A DNA stretch of 64,000 nucleotides, taken from Ciconia boyciana. Its lineage: Eukaryota. A program made the translations under genes and the position numbers. The DNA lies in assembly GCF_034638445.1 (NCBI RefSeq), contig NC_132969.1, positions 319,423 through 383,422 on the forward strand, read 5' to 3'. Under the pieces are notes generated by a model. It was not told where the DNA came from. It worked only from the letters and a program-made list of their open reading frames with translations, and did no database searches. Each line of letters opens with the position of its first letter. Position 1 is the first letter of the stretch. Positions 14,901-26,099 of this stretch are shown here, piece by piece.

Positions 14901-17440
14901 TAAAGCCTGGGTTTAGCACCTTGAGAAGGTGCTGAGATGGGGCCACCAGCATAAGAAGGTTCTAAAGCCTGGGTTTAGCGCCATAGGAAGGTCCTGAGAT
15001 GGGGCCACCACCATAAGAAGGTTCTAAAGCCTGGGTTTAGCACCTTGAGAAGGTCCTGTGATGGGGCCACCACCGCAAAAACGTTCTAAAGCCTGGGTTT
15101 AGCACCTTGAGAAGGTCTTGAGATGGGGCCACCACCATAAGAAGCTTCTAAAGCCTGGGTTTAGCACCTTGAGAAGCTCGTGAGATGGGGCCACCACCAT
15201 AAGAAGGTTCTAAAGCCTGGGTTTAGCACCTTGAGAAGGTCCTGAGATGGGGCCACCACCAAAAGAATGTTCTAAAGCCTGGGTTTAGCACCATGGCAAG
15301 GTCTTGAGATGGGGCCACCACCATAAGAAGGTTCTAAAGCCTGGGTTTAGCACCTTAGGAAGGTCCTGAGATGGGGCCACCACCATAAGAAGGTTCTAAA
15401 GCCTGGGTTTAGCACCTTGAGAAGGTCTTGAGATGGAGCCACCAGCATAAGAACGTTCTAAAGCCTGGGTTTAGCACCTTGAGAAGGTCCTGAGATGGGG
15501 CCACCACCATAAGAAAGTTCTAAAGCCTGGGTTTAGCACCTTGAGAAGGTCCTGAGATGGGGCCACCACGAAAAGAAGGTTCTAAAGCCTGGGTTTAGCA
15601 CCTTGAGAAGGTGCTGAGATGGGGCCACCACCATAAGAAGGTTCTAAAGCCTGGGTTTAGCACCTTGAGAAGGTCCTGAGATGGGGCCACCACCATAAGA
15701 AGGTTCTAAAGCCTGGGTTTAGCACCTTGAGAAGGTCTTGAGATGGGGCCACCACCATAAGAAGGTTCTAAAGCCTGGGTTTAGCACCTTGAGAAAGTCT
15801 TGAGATGGGGCCACCACCATAAGAAGGTTCTAAAGCCTGGGTTTAGCACCATGGCAAGGTCTTGAGATGGGGCCACCACCATAAGAAGGTTCTAAAGCCT
15901 GGGTTTAGCACCTTGAGAAGGTGCTGAGATGGGGCCACCACCAAAAGAAGGTTCTAAAGCCTGGGTTTAGCACCTTGAGAAGGTCTTGAGATGGAGCCAC
16001 CACCAAAAGAAGGTTCTAAAGCCTGGGTTTAGCACCTTGAGAAGGTCGTGAGATGGGGCCATGAAGCGAGAAGAAGGTTCTAAGAAGGTTCTAAAGCCTG
16101 GGTTTAGCACCTTGAGAAGGTCGTGAGATGGGGCCACCACCATAAGAAGGTTCTAAAGCCTGGGTTTAGCACCTTGAGAAGGTCGTGAGATGGGGCCACC
16201 ACGAAAAGAAGGTTGTAAAGCCTGGGTTTAGCACCTTGAGAAGGTGCTGAGATGGGGCCACCACCATAAGAAGGTTCTAAAGCCGGGGTTTAGCACCATG
16301 GCAAGGTCTTGAGATGGGGCCACCACCATAAGAACGTTCTAAAGCCTGGGTTTAGCACCTTGAGAAGGTCCTGAGATGGGGCCACCACCATAAGAAGGTT
16401 GTAAAGCCTGGGTTTAGCACCTTGAGAAGGTCCTGAGATGGGGCCACCACCATAAGAAGGTTCTAAAGCCTGGGTTTAGCACCTTGAGAAGGTCCTGAGA
16501 TGGGGCCACCACCATAAGAAGGTTCTAAAGCCTGGGTTTAGCACCTTAGGAAGGTCCTGAGATGGGGCCACCACCATAAGAAGGTTCTAAAGCCTGGGTT
16601 TAGCACCTTGAGAAGGTCCTGAGATGGGGCCACCACCATAAGAAGGTTCTAAAGCCTGGGTTTAGCACCTTAGGAAGGTCCTGAGATGGGGCCACCACCA
16701 TAAGAAGGTTCTAAAGCCTGGGTTTAGCACCTTGAGAAGGTCCTGAGATGGGGCCACCACCATAAGAAGGTTCTAAAGCCTGGGTTTAGCACCTTAGGAA
16801 GGTCCTGAGATGGGGCCACCACCATAAGAAGGTTCTAAAGCCTGGGTTTAGCACCTTGAGAAGGTGCTGAGATGGGGCCACCAGCATAAGAAGGTTCTAA
16901 AGCCTGGGTTTAGCGCCATAGGAAGGTCCTGAGATGGGGCCACCACCATAAGAAGGTTCTAAAGCCTGGGTTTAGCACCTTGAGAAGGTCCTGTGATGGG
17001 GCCACCACCGCAAAAACGTTCTAAAGCCTGGGTTTAGCACCTTGAGAAGGTCTTGAGATGGGGCCACCACCATAAGAAGGTTCTAAAGCCTGGGTTTAGC
17101 ACCTTGAGAAGGTCCTGAGATGGGGCCACCACCAAAAGAATGTTCTAAAGCCTGGGTTTAGCACCATGGCAAGGTCTTGAGATGGGGCCACCACCATAAG
17201 AAGGTTCTAAAGCCTGGGTTTAGCACCTTGAGAAGGTCTTGAGATGGAGCCACCAGCATAAGAACGTTCTAAAGCCTGGGTTTAGCACCTTGAGAAGGTC
17301 CTGAGATGGGGCCACCACCATAAGAAAGTTCTAAAGCCTGGGTTTAGCACCTTGAGAAGGTCCTGAGATGGGGCCACCACGAAAAGAAGGTTCTAAAGCC
17401 TGGGTTTAGCACCTTGAGAAGGTCCTGAGATGGGGCCACC
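11900..17440. repeat. Homogeneous 61-bp satellite (cctgggtttagcaccttgagaaggtcctgagatggggccaccaccataagaaggttctaaag), about 90 copies, TAOK2 intron 11
   Basis: The register shifts by 1 nt per 60-nt line over 5.5 kb, giving a 61-bp period. It is AT-richer than its surroundings, and no ORF of 60 aa or more occurs across the block in the supplied track. Confidence 0.9.
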
Positions 17441-17546
17441 ACCGCAGGGACGACCCCCTGCGGGTCCCCTCCGCGGGGCGGGGCGGGGCGGTGGGAAGAC
17501 TCCCTCCCCGTTGCTCCACCCCCCTCCCCTTCCCCATCTCCCGCAG

Positions 17547-17897
17547 CCCCCCGACGGCCTCTACGCCCTTCCCCCCCCTCCCCCCCCTCCCCTCCCCCCG
17601 CCGCCCTTCCCCGCTTCTCCCCTCCCCCACCCCTTCTCCACCATCCGCCCCGCCGCCTCGGTGACGCGGCAGCAGCGGGCGCGGGAGCGGGAGGCGGCGT
17701 CGCGGGAGCAGCTCAGCGGGTACCAGCGCATGCGGCGCCAGCACCAGAAGCAGCTCCTGGGCCTGGAGCAGCGCCTGCGCGCCGAGCTGGCCGACCACCG
17801 CCTGCGCCTCGACCGCGAGCTGGAGAGCCAGCGCCTGGCCGCCGCCGCCGAGGCCGACAAGCTGGCCCGGAGGCACCAGGCCATCTTCGAGAAGGAG
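17547..17897 (+). CDS. TAOK2: TAOK2 coding exon 12 (Pro-rich linker and start of coiled-coil region)
   Basis: Acceptor tctcccgcAG, donor GTGGGC. Translation [117 protein letters not shown]. Compare human ...[26 protein letters not shown]...AEKLARRHQAIGEKE. The exon is 351 nt. Confidence 0.9.
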
Positions 17898-17899
17898 GT

Positions 17900-19260
17900 G
17901 GGCGGGGCTTGAGGGGGTGGGAGGGGCTTGGGGGTGGGGCTGGGGGGAGGGTGGGGTTTGGGGGGGGTTGGGGAGCGTCGGCCCCAGAGGACCTTGAGGT
18001 GGCCAGGGGTACCAGGGCATGTCTGAGAAGGGGGTGGGAGGGGCTTAAGGAGTGTGGGAGGGGCTTGAGGGGGTGGGAGGGGCTTGAGGGGGTGGGGCTT
18101 GGGGGGGAAGGGGGTGGGGTGGGGAGCATCGGCCCCAGAGGACCTTGAGGTGGCCGGGAGGCACCAGGGCAGCTCTGAGAAGGAGGTGGGAGGGCTTGAG
18201 GGGTGGGAGGGGCTTGAGGGGGTGGGAGGGCTTGGGGGGTGGGGCTGGGGGAGAGGGGGTGGGGGTGGGGAGGGTCGGCCCGGAGGACCTTGAGGTGGCC
18301 GGGAGGTACCAGGATGGCTTGGGGAAGGAGGTGGGAGGGGCTAAAGGGGTGGGGGAGGGGCTAAAGGGGTGGGGGAGGGGCTTGGGTGGGAGGGGCTTGA
18401 GGGGGTGGGGCTGGGGGGAAGGGGGTGGGGGTGGGGAGCGTCGGCCCCAGAGGACCTTGAGGTGGCCAGGGGTACCAGGGCATCTCTGAGAAGGAGGTGG
18501 GAGGGGCTTGAGGAGTGTGGGAGGGGCTTGAGGGGGTGGGAGGGGCTTGAGGGGTGGGGCTTGGGGGGAAGGGGGTGGGGGTGGGGAGGGTCGGCCCCAG
18601 AGGACCTTGAGGTGGCTGGGAGGCACCAGGGCAGCTTCAAGAAGGAGGTGGGAGGGGCTTGAGGGGTGGGAGGGGCTTGGGGGTGGGGCTTGGGGGGAAG
18701 GGGGTGGGGAGGGTCGGCCCCAGAGGACCTAGAGGTGGCCAGGAGGTACCAGGGCAGCTTCGAGAAGGGGTGGGCGGGGCTTGAGGGGGTGGGAGGGGCT
18801 TAATGGGGTGGGAGGGGCTTGAGGGGGTGGGGCTTGGGGGGGGGGGAGGGTCGGCCCCAGAGGACCTTGAGGTGGCCAGGAGGTATCAGGGCATGGCTTG
18901 GGGAAGGAGGTGGGAGGGGCTTGAGGGGGTGTGGGAGGGGCTTGAGGGGGTGGGAGGGGCTTGAGGGGGTGGGAGGGGCTTGAGGGGTGGGGCTGGGGGA
19001 GAGGGGGTGGGGGTGGGAGCGTCGGCCCCAGAGGACCTTGAGGTGGCCGGGAGGCACCAGGGCATCTCTGAGAAGGGGTGGGAGGGGCTTGAGGGGTGGG
19101 GCTGGGGGGAGCAGCTGGCCAGGATGCCTTCCATGAGCAGGTGGGCGGGGCTTGAGGCGGTGGGAGGGGCTTGAGAAGGAGGTGTGGCTGGGTGGGAGGA
19201 GCTTTGAGGGGGAGTGGGTGGGGTTGTGGGCGGAGCCAGAACGGGGTGTGGCTTCAGGGG
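17900..19260. repeat. G-rich tandem repeat (gggcttgagggggtgggagg / tcggccccagaggaccttgaggtggccaggaggtaccagggca) with about 150-200-bp higher-order unit, TAOK2 intron 12
   Basis: The cggccccagaggaccttgaggtggcc motif recurs about 8 times. Confidence 0.8.
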
Positions 19261-19499
19261 CTGAGTGAGACCGGGGGCAGGGCCTAAGGGGCGGGGTCAC
19301 CCCTCGGGGGGCAGGGGTCACCCCTCGGGGGGCGTGTCCCAAGGCACAAGGGGGCGTGGCTACCGATGTGCTGCTGCTTCCCTAAAGGCCATAGACCCCG
19401 GGGGGGGGGGGGGGGGCGGGTGTTTGGGCTCGGTGGGCAGGGCCTGCGAGGGCGTGGCGGCCCTGCCCACTGACCCCGCCCCTCCGGCCCCGCCCTTAG

Positions 19500-19628
19500 G
19501 CCAAGGTGGCGTTGGGGGAGGAGAAGAAGTTCCAGCAGCACATCCTGGGCCAGCAGAAGAAGGAGCTGGGCAACCTGCTGGAGGCCCAGCGGCGGCACTA
19601 CAAACTGCGCAAGGAGCAGCTCAAGGAG
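19500..19628 (+). CDS. TAOK2: TAOK2 coding exon 13
   Basis: Acceptor cgcccttAG, donor GTGGGG. Translation [43 protein letters not shown]. Confidence 0.9.
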
Positions 19629-19639
19629 GTGGGGACCCC

Positions 19640-20760
19640 CGGGACCCCCAAATCCCCCCCACCCCCCTCGTACCCCCAACCCTCCCCCCAACCCCTCCCC
19701 ACCCCCAGCGACCCCCAAATCCCCCCCAACCCCTCCCCAACCCTCCCCCTCGACCCCCATTCCCTCCCCCTCGTACCCCCATTCCCTCCCCTCCAACCCC
19801 TCCCCACCCCAGCGACCCCCAAATCCCCCAGCCCCCCATATCCCCATTCCTCCCCCCCAACCCCTCCCCATCCCCCAGGGACCCCCAAATCCCCCACCCC
19901 CCCATATCCCTATTTCCTCCCCTCCAACCCCTCCCCATCCTCTAGGGACCCCAAATCCCCCCACCCCCCCATATCCCTATTTCCTCCCCCAACCCTCCCC
20001 ACCCCCAGCGACCCCCAAATCCCCCCCCCATATCCCCATTCCCTCCCCCAACCCCTCCCCACCCTCAGCGACCCCAAATCCCCCAGCCCCTCATCTCCCC
20101 ATTCCTCCCCTCCAACCCCTCCCCATCCCCTAGGGACCCCAAATCCCCCTCGTACCCCCATTCCCTTCCTCCAACCCTCCCCACCCCCAGCGACCCCCAA
20201 ATCCCCCCCCATCTCCCCATTCCCTCCTCCAACCCCTCCCCACCCCCAGCGACCCCAAATCCCCCTCATCTCCCCATTCCCTCCCCTCCAACCCCTCCCC
20301 ACCCCCAGCGACCCCCAAATCCCCCTTGTACCCCCATTCCCTCCTCCAACCCCTCCCCACCCCCAGCGACCCCCAAATCCCCCTCATCTCCCCATTCCCT
20401 CCCCCCAACCCCTCCCCACCCCCAGCGACCCCCAAATCTCCCCCATCTCCCCATTCCCTCCCCCAACCCCTCCCCACCCTCAGCGACCCCAAATCCCCCC
20501 ACCCCCTCATCTCCCCATTCCCTCCTCCAACCCCTCCCCACCCCCAGCGACCCCAAATCTCCCCTTGTACCCCCATTCCCTCCTCCAACCCCTCCCCACC
20601 CCAGCGACCCCCAAATCCCCCCTCGTACCCCCATTCCCTCCTCCAACCCCTCCCCATCCCCTAGGGACCCCAAATCCCCCCACCCCCATCTCCCCATTCC
20701 CTCCCCTCCAACCCCTCCCCACCCCCAGCGACCCCCAAACTCACCCCCGCCCCTTTACCC
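19640..20760. repeat. C-rich repeat of about 60 bp (cccctccccacccccagcgacccccaaatcccc...catctccccattccctcc), TAOK2 intron 13
   Basis: Periodic cccagcgacccccaaatcc. The plus-strand ORFs are Pro-rich artefacts. Confidence 0.8.
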
Positions 20761-20785
20761 CCCCCCGCCCCGCGCCGTGGGGCAG

Positions 20786-20989
20786 GAGCTGCAGGAGAAC
20801 CCCAGCACGCCCAAGCGGGAGAAGCAGGAGCGGCTGCTGCGGCAGAAGGAGACGCTGCAGCAGCTGCAGGCGGAGGAGGAGGCCGCGCTGCTCTGCCGCC
20901 AGCGCCAGTACTTCGACCTCCAGTGCCGCCAGTACAAGCGCAAGATGTTACTGGCCCGCCACAACCTCGACCAGGATCTGCTGCGGGAG
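20786..20989 (+). CDS. TAOK2: TAOK2 coding exon 14
   Basis: Acceptor gtggggcAG, donor GTGAGG. Translation [68 protein letters not shown]. The exon is 204 nt. Confidence 0.9.
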
Positions 20990-20999
20990 GTGAGGGGGG

Positions 21000-21900
21000 A
21001 GGGGAGGGGAGGGGGTGGGGGGCGGAGGAGGGTCGAGGGGGTGGGGGAAGGGGTTAGGGGGGGGTTTTATGGGGGTGGGGAAGGGTTTAGGGGAGGTTAG
21101 GAGGGTCACTGGGGGGTGGGGAAGGGGTTAGGAAGGCTTTTATGGGGGTGGGGAAGGGTTATGGGGGGTTAGGAGGGTCACTGGAGGGGTGGGGAAGGGT
21201 TTAGGGAGGTTAGGAAGGTTTTTATGGGGGTGGGGAAGGGTTAGGAGGGTCACTGGGGGGTGGGGAAGGGTTTGGAGGGGTTAGGAGGGTCACTGGAGGG
21301 GTGGGGGAGGGGTTAGGGGGCTTTATGGGGGTGGGGAAGGGTTATGGGGGTTAGGAGGGTCACTGGAGGGGTGGGGAAGGGTTAGGGGGTTTTATGGGGG
21401 TGGGGAAGGGTTTAGGGGGGTTAGGAGGGTCACTGGGGGTGGGGAAGGGTTAGGGGGTTTTATGGGGGTGGGGAAGGGTTTAGGAGGGGTTAGGAGGGTC
21501 ACTGGGGGGTGGGGAAGGGTTAGGGGGCTTTTATGGGGGTGGGGAAGGGTTTAGGAGGGGTTAGGAGGGTCACTGGGGGGGTGGGGAAGGGTTAGGGGGC
21601 TTTTATGGGGGTGGGGAAGGGTTATGGGGGGTTAGGAGGGTCACTGGAGGGGTGGGGAAGGGGTTAGGGGGGTTAGGAAGGTTTTTATGGGGGTGGGGAA
21701 GGGTTAGGAGGGTCACTGGAGGGGTGGGGGAGGGTTAGGGGGCTTTTATGGGGGTGGGGAAGGGTTATGGGGGGTTAGGAGGATCACTGGGGGTGGGGAA
21801 GGGGTTGGGGGGGGGTTAGGGGTTTTATGGGGGTGGGGAAGGGCTTACAGGGGGTTAGGAGGGTCACTGGGGGGTGGGGAGGGTTCAGGGGGTCCCTGGA
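21000..21900. repeat. G-rich repeat of about 60 bp (ggggtggggaagggttaggagggtcactgga...), TAOK2 intron 14
   Basis: Direct repetition. Each unit contains one isolated GGTTAGGG but no tandem telomeric hexamers. Confidence 0.8.
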
Positions 21901-23460
21901 GGGGTGGGGAAGGGTTTGGGGGGTTAGGAGAGTCCCTGGGGCTATGGGGCAGGGAGTCCCTGAATCTATGGGGCAGGGCTGTGGGGCTCCTAGCAGGCGA
22001 TAAGGGGTCTCCGGGGCTATGGGGCATCTATGGGGCAGGGGAGTCCCTGAATCTATGGGGCAGGGCTGTGGGGCTCCTAGCAGGTGATAAGGGGGTCTCT
22101 GGGCCATGGGGCATCTATGGGGCAGGGGCCTCCTTGAATCTGTGGGGCAGGGCTAGGGGTGTCCTAGCAGGTGATAAGGGGGTCTCTGGGGCTATGGGGC
22201 ATCTATGGGGTAGGGGGTTTCTTGAATCTATGGGGCAGGGCTGTGGGGCTCCTAGCAGGTGATGAAGGGGTCCCTGAATCTATGGGGCAGGGGAGTCTCT
22301 GGGGCTATGGGGCATCTATGGGGCAGGGAGGTGCCTAAATTTTTGGGGCAGGGCTGTGGGTCTCCTAGCAGGTGGTAATGGGGTCCCTGAAGCTATGGGG
22401 CATCTATGGGGCAGGGAGTTCCCTGGGGCTATGGGGCAGGGTTGTAGGTATTGGAGGAGGTGATGAGGGGGGTCCCTGAATCTATGGGGCAGGGGGTTCC
22501 CTGGGGCTATGGGGCAGGGCTGTGGGGCTCTTAGCAGGCAATAAGGGGGTCTCTGGGCTATGGGGCATCTATGGGGCAGGGGCTTCCTTGAATCTATGGG
22601 GCAGGGCTGTGGGGCTCCTAGCAGGCGATAAGGGGGTCTCCGGGGCTATGGGGCATCTATGGGGCAGGGGAGTCCCTGAATCTATGGGGCAGGGCTGTGG
22701 GGCTCCTAGCAGGTGATAAGGGGGTCTCTGGGCCATGGGGCATCTATGGGGCAGGGGCCTCCTCGAATCTGTGGGGCAGGGCTAGGGGTGTCCTAGCAGG
22801 TGATAAGGGGGTCTCTGGGGCTATGGGGCATCTATGGGGTAGGGGGTTTCTTGAATCTATGGGGCAGGGCTGTGGGGCTCCTAGCAGGTGATGAAGGGGT
22901 CCCTGAATCTATGGGGCAGGGGAGTCTCTGGGGCTATGGGGCATCTATGGGGCAGGAGGTGCCTAAATTTTGGGGCAGGGCTGTGGGTCTCCTAGCAGGT
23001 GGTAATGGGGTCCCTGAAGCTATGGGGCATCTATGGGGCAGGGAGTTCCCTGGGGCTATGGGGCAGGGTTGTAGGTATTGGAGGAGGTGACGAGGGGTCC
23101 CTGAATCTATGGGGCAGGGGTTCCCTGGGGCTATGGGGCAGGGCTGTGGGGCTCTTAGCAGGCAATAAGGGGTCTCTGGGCTATGGGGCATCTATGGGGC
23201 AGGGGCTTCCTTGAATCTATGGGGCAGGGCTGTGGGGCTCCTAGCAGGCGATAAGGGGGTCTCTGGGGCTATGGGGCATCTATGGGGCAGGGGAGTCCCT
23301 GAATCTATGGGGCAGGGCTATGGGGCTCCTAGCAGGCGATAAGGGGGGCTATGGGGCATCTATGGGGCAGGGGAGTCCGTGAATCTATGGGGCAGGGCTG
23401 TGGGGCTCCTAGCAGGCGATAAGGGGGGCTATGGGGCATCTATGGGGCAGGGGCCTCCTC
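21900..23460. repeat. Tandem repeat with about 175-bp sub-units inside an about 630-bp higher-order unit (ctatggggcagggctgtggggctcctagcaggcgataaggg...)
   Basis: ORFs at 22522 and 22697 are 175 nt apart with near-identical translations. Longer blocks recur at about 22061 and 22681. Confidence 0.8.
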
Positions 23461-23559
23461 GAATCTGTGGGGCAGACCCTATGGGACACCCCACACCCCC
23501 CGGGGTGCAGAGGGGGCAGCGGCGGGGGGGGGGCACGGACCCGCTCCCCTCCCCCCTCA

Positions 23560-24360
23560 GTGGGGCAGCACCCATGGGTCCCTCCCCTCCCCCCCCCTCC
23601 CTGCTTTCTCTCCCTTCTCTTTCTGTGTTTTCCTTTTTTTGTTTGGTTTTGGGGGTTTTGGGGTTTTTTGGTTTTTGTTTGTTTGGTTTTGGGGGTTTTT
23701 GGGTTTTTTTGTTGTTTTGGGGGTTTTTTTGTTTGTTTTCTTTGGTTTTTTGGGTTTCTTTTGGGTTTTTTGTTTGTTTTTGTTTATGGGGGGTTTTGTT
23801 TTCTTTTTTTTTGCTTTTTGGGGTTTTTTGGGTTTTTTGTTTTCTTTGGGTTTTTTCTTTTTTTTTGTTTTCTTTGGGGTTTTTTTGTTTTTTGTTTATG
23901 GGTTTTTTGGGGATTTTTTGGGGTTTCTTTGGGTTTTTTTTAATGTTTTTTTGTTTTTTGGGTTTTTATTTGTTTTTCTTGTTTTCTTTGGTTTTTTGCG
24001 TTTCTTTGAGGTTCTTGTTTGGGTTTTTATGGGTTTTTGGTTTGGTTTTTTTTATTTTCTTTACTTTTTTTGTTTCTTTTTGGTTTTTTTTTTTGTTGGG
24101 TTGGTTTTTTATGGGTTTTGGGGCGGTTTTTTTGCTTTCTTTTTGGTTTTTTTGTTGTTTTCTTTCGTTTTTTTTACGTTTCTTCGGTGGTTTTGTTTGT
24201 TTGTTTCTTTTTTTATGGGTGTTTTTATTTTTTTTCCCTTTTCACGTTTTTTCTCTGTTTCTCTGGTTTTGGGGCGCTCTTCTCCCGTTCCCTTTGTTTC
24301 CTTCTTCGCTTTTGTTCCTTTTTTTCCCTTTTTCCTTTTTATTTTTTGTTTGCTTTGCTC
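23560..24360. repeat. T/G-rich low-complexity tract (ttttgggggttttttgg variants)
   Basis: Composition; the plus-strand ORFs are Phe/Leu/Gly artefacts. Confidence 0.8.
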
Positions 24361-24900
24361 TTTCTGGGTTTTTTTTATTATTATTATTCCCCCCCTGCTC
24401 CCCCCTCCCCCCCCTCCCTTTTCCCCCCCTTTCTGCCCCCTCCCCTTTCTGCCCCCTTTCTCCCCCTTCTCCCTCCCCCTTCTCCCTCCCCCTTATCTCC
24501 CCCTTATCTCCCCCTTATCTCCCCCTTATCTCCCCCCTTATCTCCCCCCTTATCTCCCCCTTATCTCCCCCCTTATCTCCCCCTTATCTCCCCCCTTATC
24601 TCCCCCTTATCTCCCCTTATCTCCCCCTCCTTATCCCCCCTCCTTATCCCCCCCTCCTTATCCCCCCTTCTCCCCCCTTCTCCCCCTTTCTCTCCCCCCT
24701 TCTCTCCCCCTCCTCTCTCCCCCTCCTCCCCCTCCCCCTTCTCCCCCTCCCCTCCTCCCCCTCTTCCCCACCCCCTCCCCCCATCTTTCTCACCCCCCTT
24801 CTGACCTCCCTTCTCCCCCTTTCTCCCCCCTCTGCCTTCCTCCCCCCATCCTCCCCCTTCCCCCCTTCCTCCCCCCTTCTCCCCCCTCCCCCTCCCCTAC
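24360..24900. repeat. C/T-rich microsatellite (cccttatctcc)n and variants immediately upstream of TAOK2 exon 15
   Basis: Perfect iterations of ccccttatctcc; a polypyrimidine tract several hundred nt long ends at the exon 15 acceptor. Confidence 0.85.
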
Positions 24901-24938
24901 CCCCTCCCCCCTCCCGGAGGGGAAAAGCAACCCCGCAG

Positions 24939-25178
24939 GAACTCACCAAAAAACAGACGCAGAAGGATCTGGAATGCGCCACGCTGCTGCGGCACCACGA
25001 GGCCACGCGCCAGCTGGAGACGCGGCACCTGGCCGCCCTGCACCGCACCCGCGCCGACCTCGCCCGCTGCCAGCACCAGAGCGAGCTGGCCCACCAGCGC
25101 GACTACAACCGCCGCCGCCACCAGGACCTGCGCCAAAAGCACGCCGCCCAGCTCCGCCAGCAGCCCAAACGCCTCCGA
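24939..25178 (+). CDS. TAOK2: TAOK2 coding exon 15 (beta/short-isoform splice form)
   Basis: Acceptor aaccccgcAG, GT donor (gtaggt) at 25179. Translation ELTKKQTQKDLECATLLRHHEATRQLETRHLAALHRTRADLARCQHQSELAHQRDYNRRRHQDLRQKHAAQLRQQPKRLR. Compare human DLNKKQTQKDLECALLLRQHEATRELELRQ...RQKHAAQVRQQPKSLK. The exon is 240 nt, phase 0. Confidence 0.85.
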
Positions 25179-26018
25179 GTAGGTGCCGCCGACGCCGGGG
25201 GCGGCCGCGTCGCCGCCGCCGTGGCCGCCGCCGTTTTCCCCCGCTGCCTCTGCTCCCTCCTGGCCCTGGTCCTCGCCCTCCGCCCCGCCTTCCCCTCCCT
25301 CCTCTTCCTCCTCGCCGCCCTTTGGGTCCAAAAACGCGGCGTCGGGGGCTTCCTCTTGGCCCTCGAGTGCGGCGCCGCCGCCTCCGCCCTGGCCTACGCC
25401 CTCCTCCCCCCCGGCGGCCCCTTCGCGGGGGTCCCCTTCCCGGCCCTGGCGGCGGCGGGGGGCGCGGCGGCCGTTTTGGGGCTCAGCGCCCGCCGCCGCC
25501 GCTTCTACGTCCCCGTCATCCTCCTGGCCTCGCAGCTCTTCGCCTCCCCCTGGCTCTTCCTGCCCCTCTACCTCGCCGGCGTCTGCGCCCGCGCCCTCTT
25601 CGGGGACCTCCCCCGCCGCGCCCAGCGCCTCTGGCTCCGGGGGGTCCTGGCCCTGCCCCCCTCCCTTTTCGGGGTGCTCTTGCGCTCGGGCCTGGCCTCC
25701 GAGCGCCGCCTCTTCCGCCTCTTCCCCAAAACCAACAAGGGGGGGTTCCGCTCCCGCCTGCCCATCCCCCAGCGGGGGGCTCGGCCCCTCCCCCCCTCCC
25801 CCCGCCGCTGCTTCTCCGCCCTCAAGCGCCGCCTCCTCGCTTTGGGGGGACGCTTGGCCCCTTTGGCCCGCCCTTTTTTTTTGGGGGGGCGGCCCCGCCC
25901 GCCCCCCAGTCGTATCCCCCGCCCTGCCCCCCGCGCCCCTTTTGCCGCAGCCCCGCCCCGGGGGGGCGACGACGACGGCGCCCGGGGTCCCCCCGCCCCG
26001 CGGCGCCCGTGGAGGTGA
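25179..26018 (+). CDS. TAOK2: Probable alternative terminal coding extension of TAOK2 exon 15 (TAOK2-alpha-like read-through tail)
   Basis: When the 25179 donor is not used, the frame stays open for 279 codons to a stop at 26016-26018. The sequence is non-repetitive and hydrophobic: ...VFPRCLCSLLALVLALRPAFPSLLFLLAALWVQKRGVGGFLLALECGAAASALAYALLPPGG...FYVPVILLASQLFASPWLFLPLYLAGVCARALFGDLP...GVLALPPSLFGVLLRSGLASERRLFRLFPKTNKGG.... By analogy, the long human TAOK2 isoform arises by read-through at the same exon, and UniProt annotates helical TM segments within its C-terminal part. This identification is inference. Confidence 0.45.
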   Translation, partial: VGAADAGGGRVAAAVAAAVFPRCLCSLLALVLALRPAFPSLLFLLAALWVQKRGVGGFLLALECGAAASALAYALLPPGGPFAGVPFPALAAAGGAAAVLGLSARRRRFYVPVILLASQLFASPWLFLPLYLAGVCARALFGDLPRRAQRLWLRGVLALPPSLFGVLLRSGLASERRLFRLFPKTNKGGFRSRLPIPQRGARPLPPSPRRCFSALKRRLLALGGRLAPLARPFFLGGRPRPPPSRIPRPAPRAPFAAAPPRGGDDDGARGPPAPRRPWR

Positions 26019-26099
26019 CGGCGGCCCACGGGGCCGCGGCCCCGGCTGCACCCAGGCACTACGGACCCCCTCCTCCCCGGCAGGGTCTCGGGGACCCCC

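Noticed and set aside
17406-19342. Pro-rich minus-strand ORFs (204, 193 and 180 aa) and Gly-rich plus-strand ORFs around TAOK2 exon 12
   Set aside because: These are composition-driven translations of the G-rich intron 12 array and of the C-rich complement of the exon 12 proline linker. The only conserved reading is the plus-strand TAOK2 exon 12 frame.
21000-21900. Interstitial telomeric repeat (TTAGGG)
   Set aside because: GGTTAGGG occurs once per roughly 60-bp unit (ggggaagggttagggggg) inside a longer G-rich unit. There are no tandem hexamers, so it is not a telomere-derived tract.
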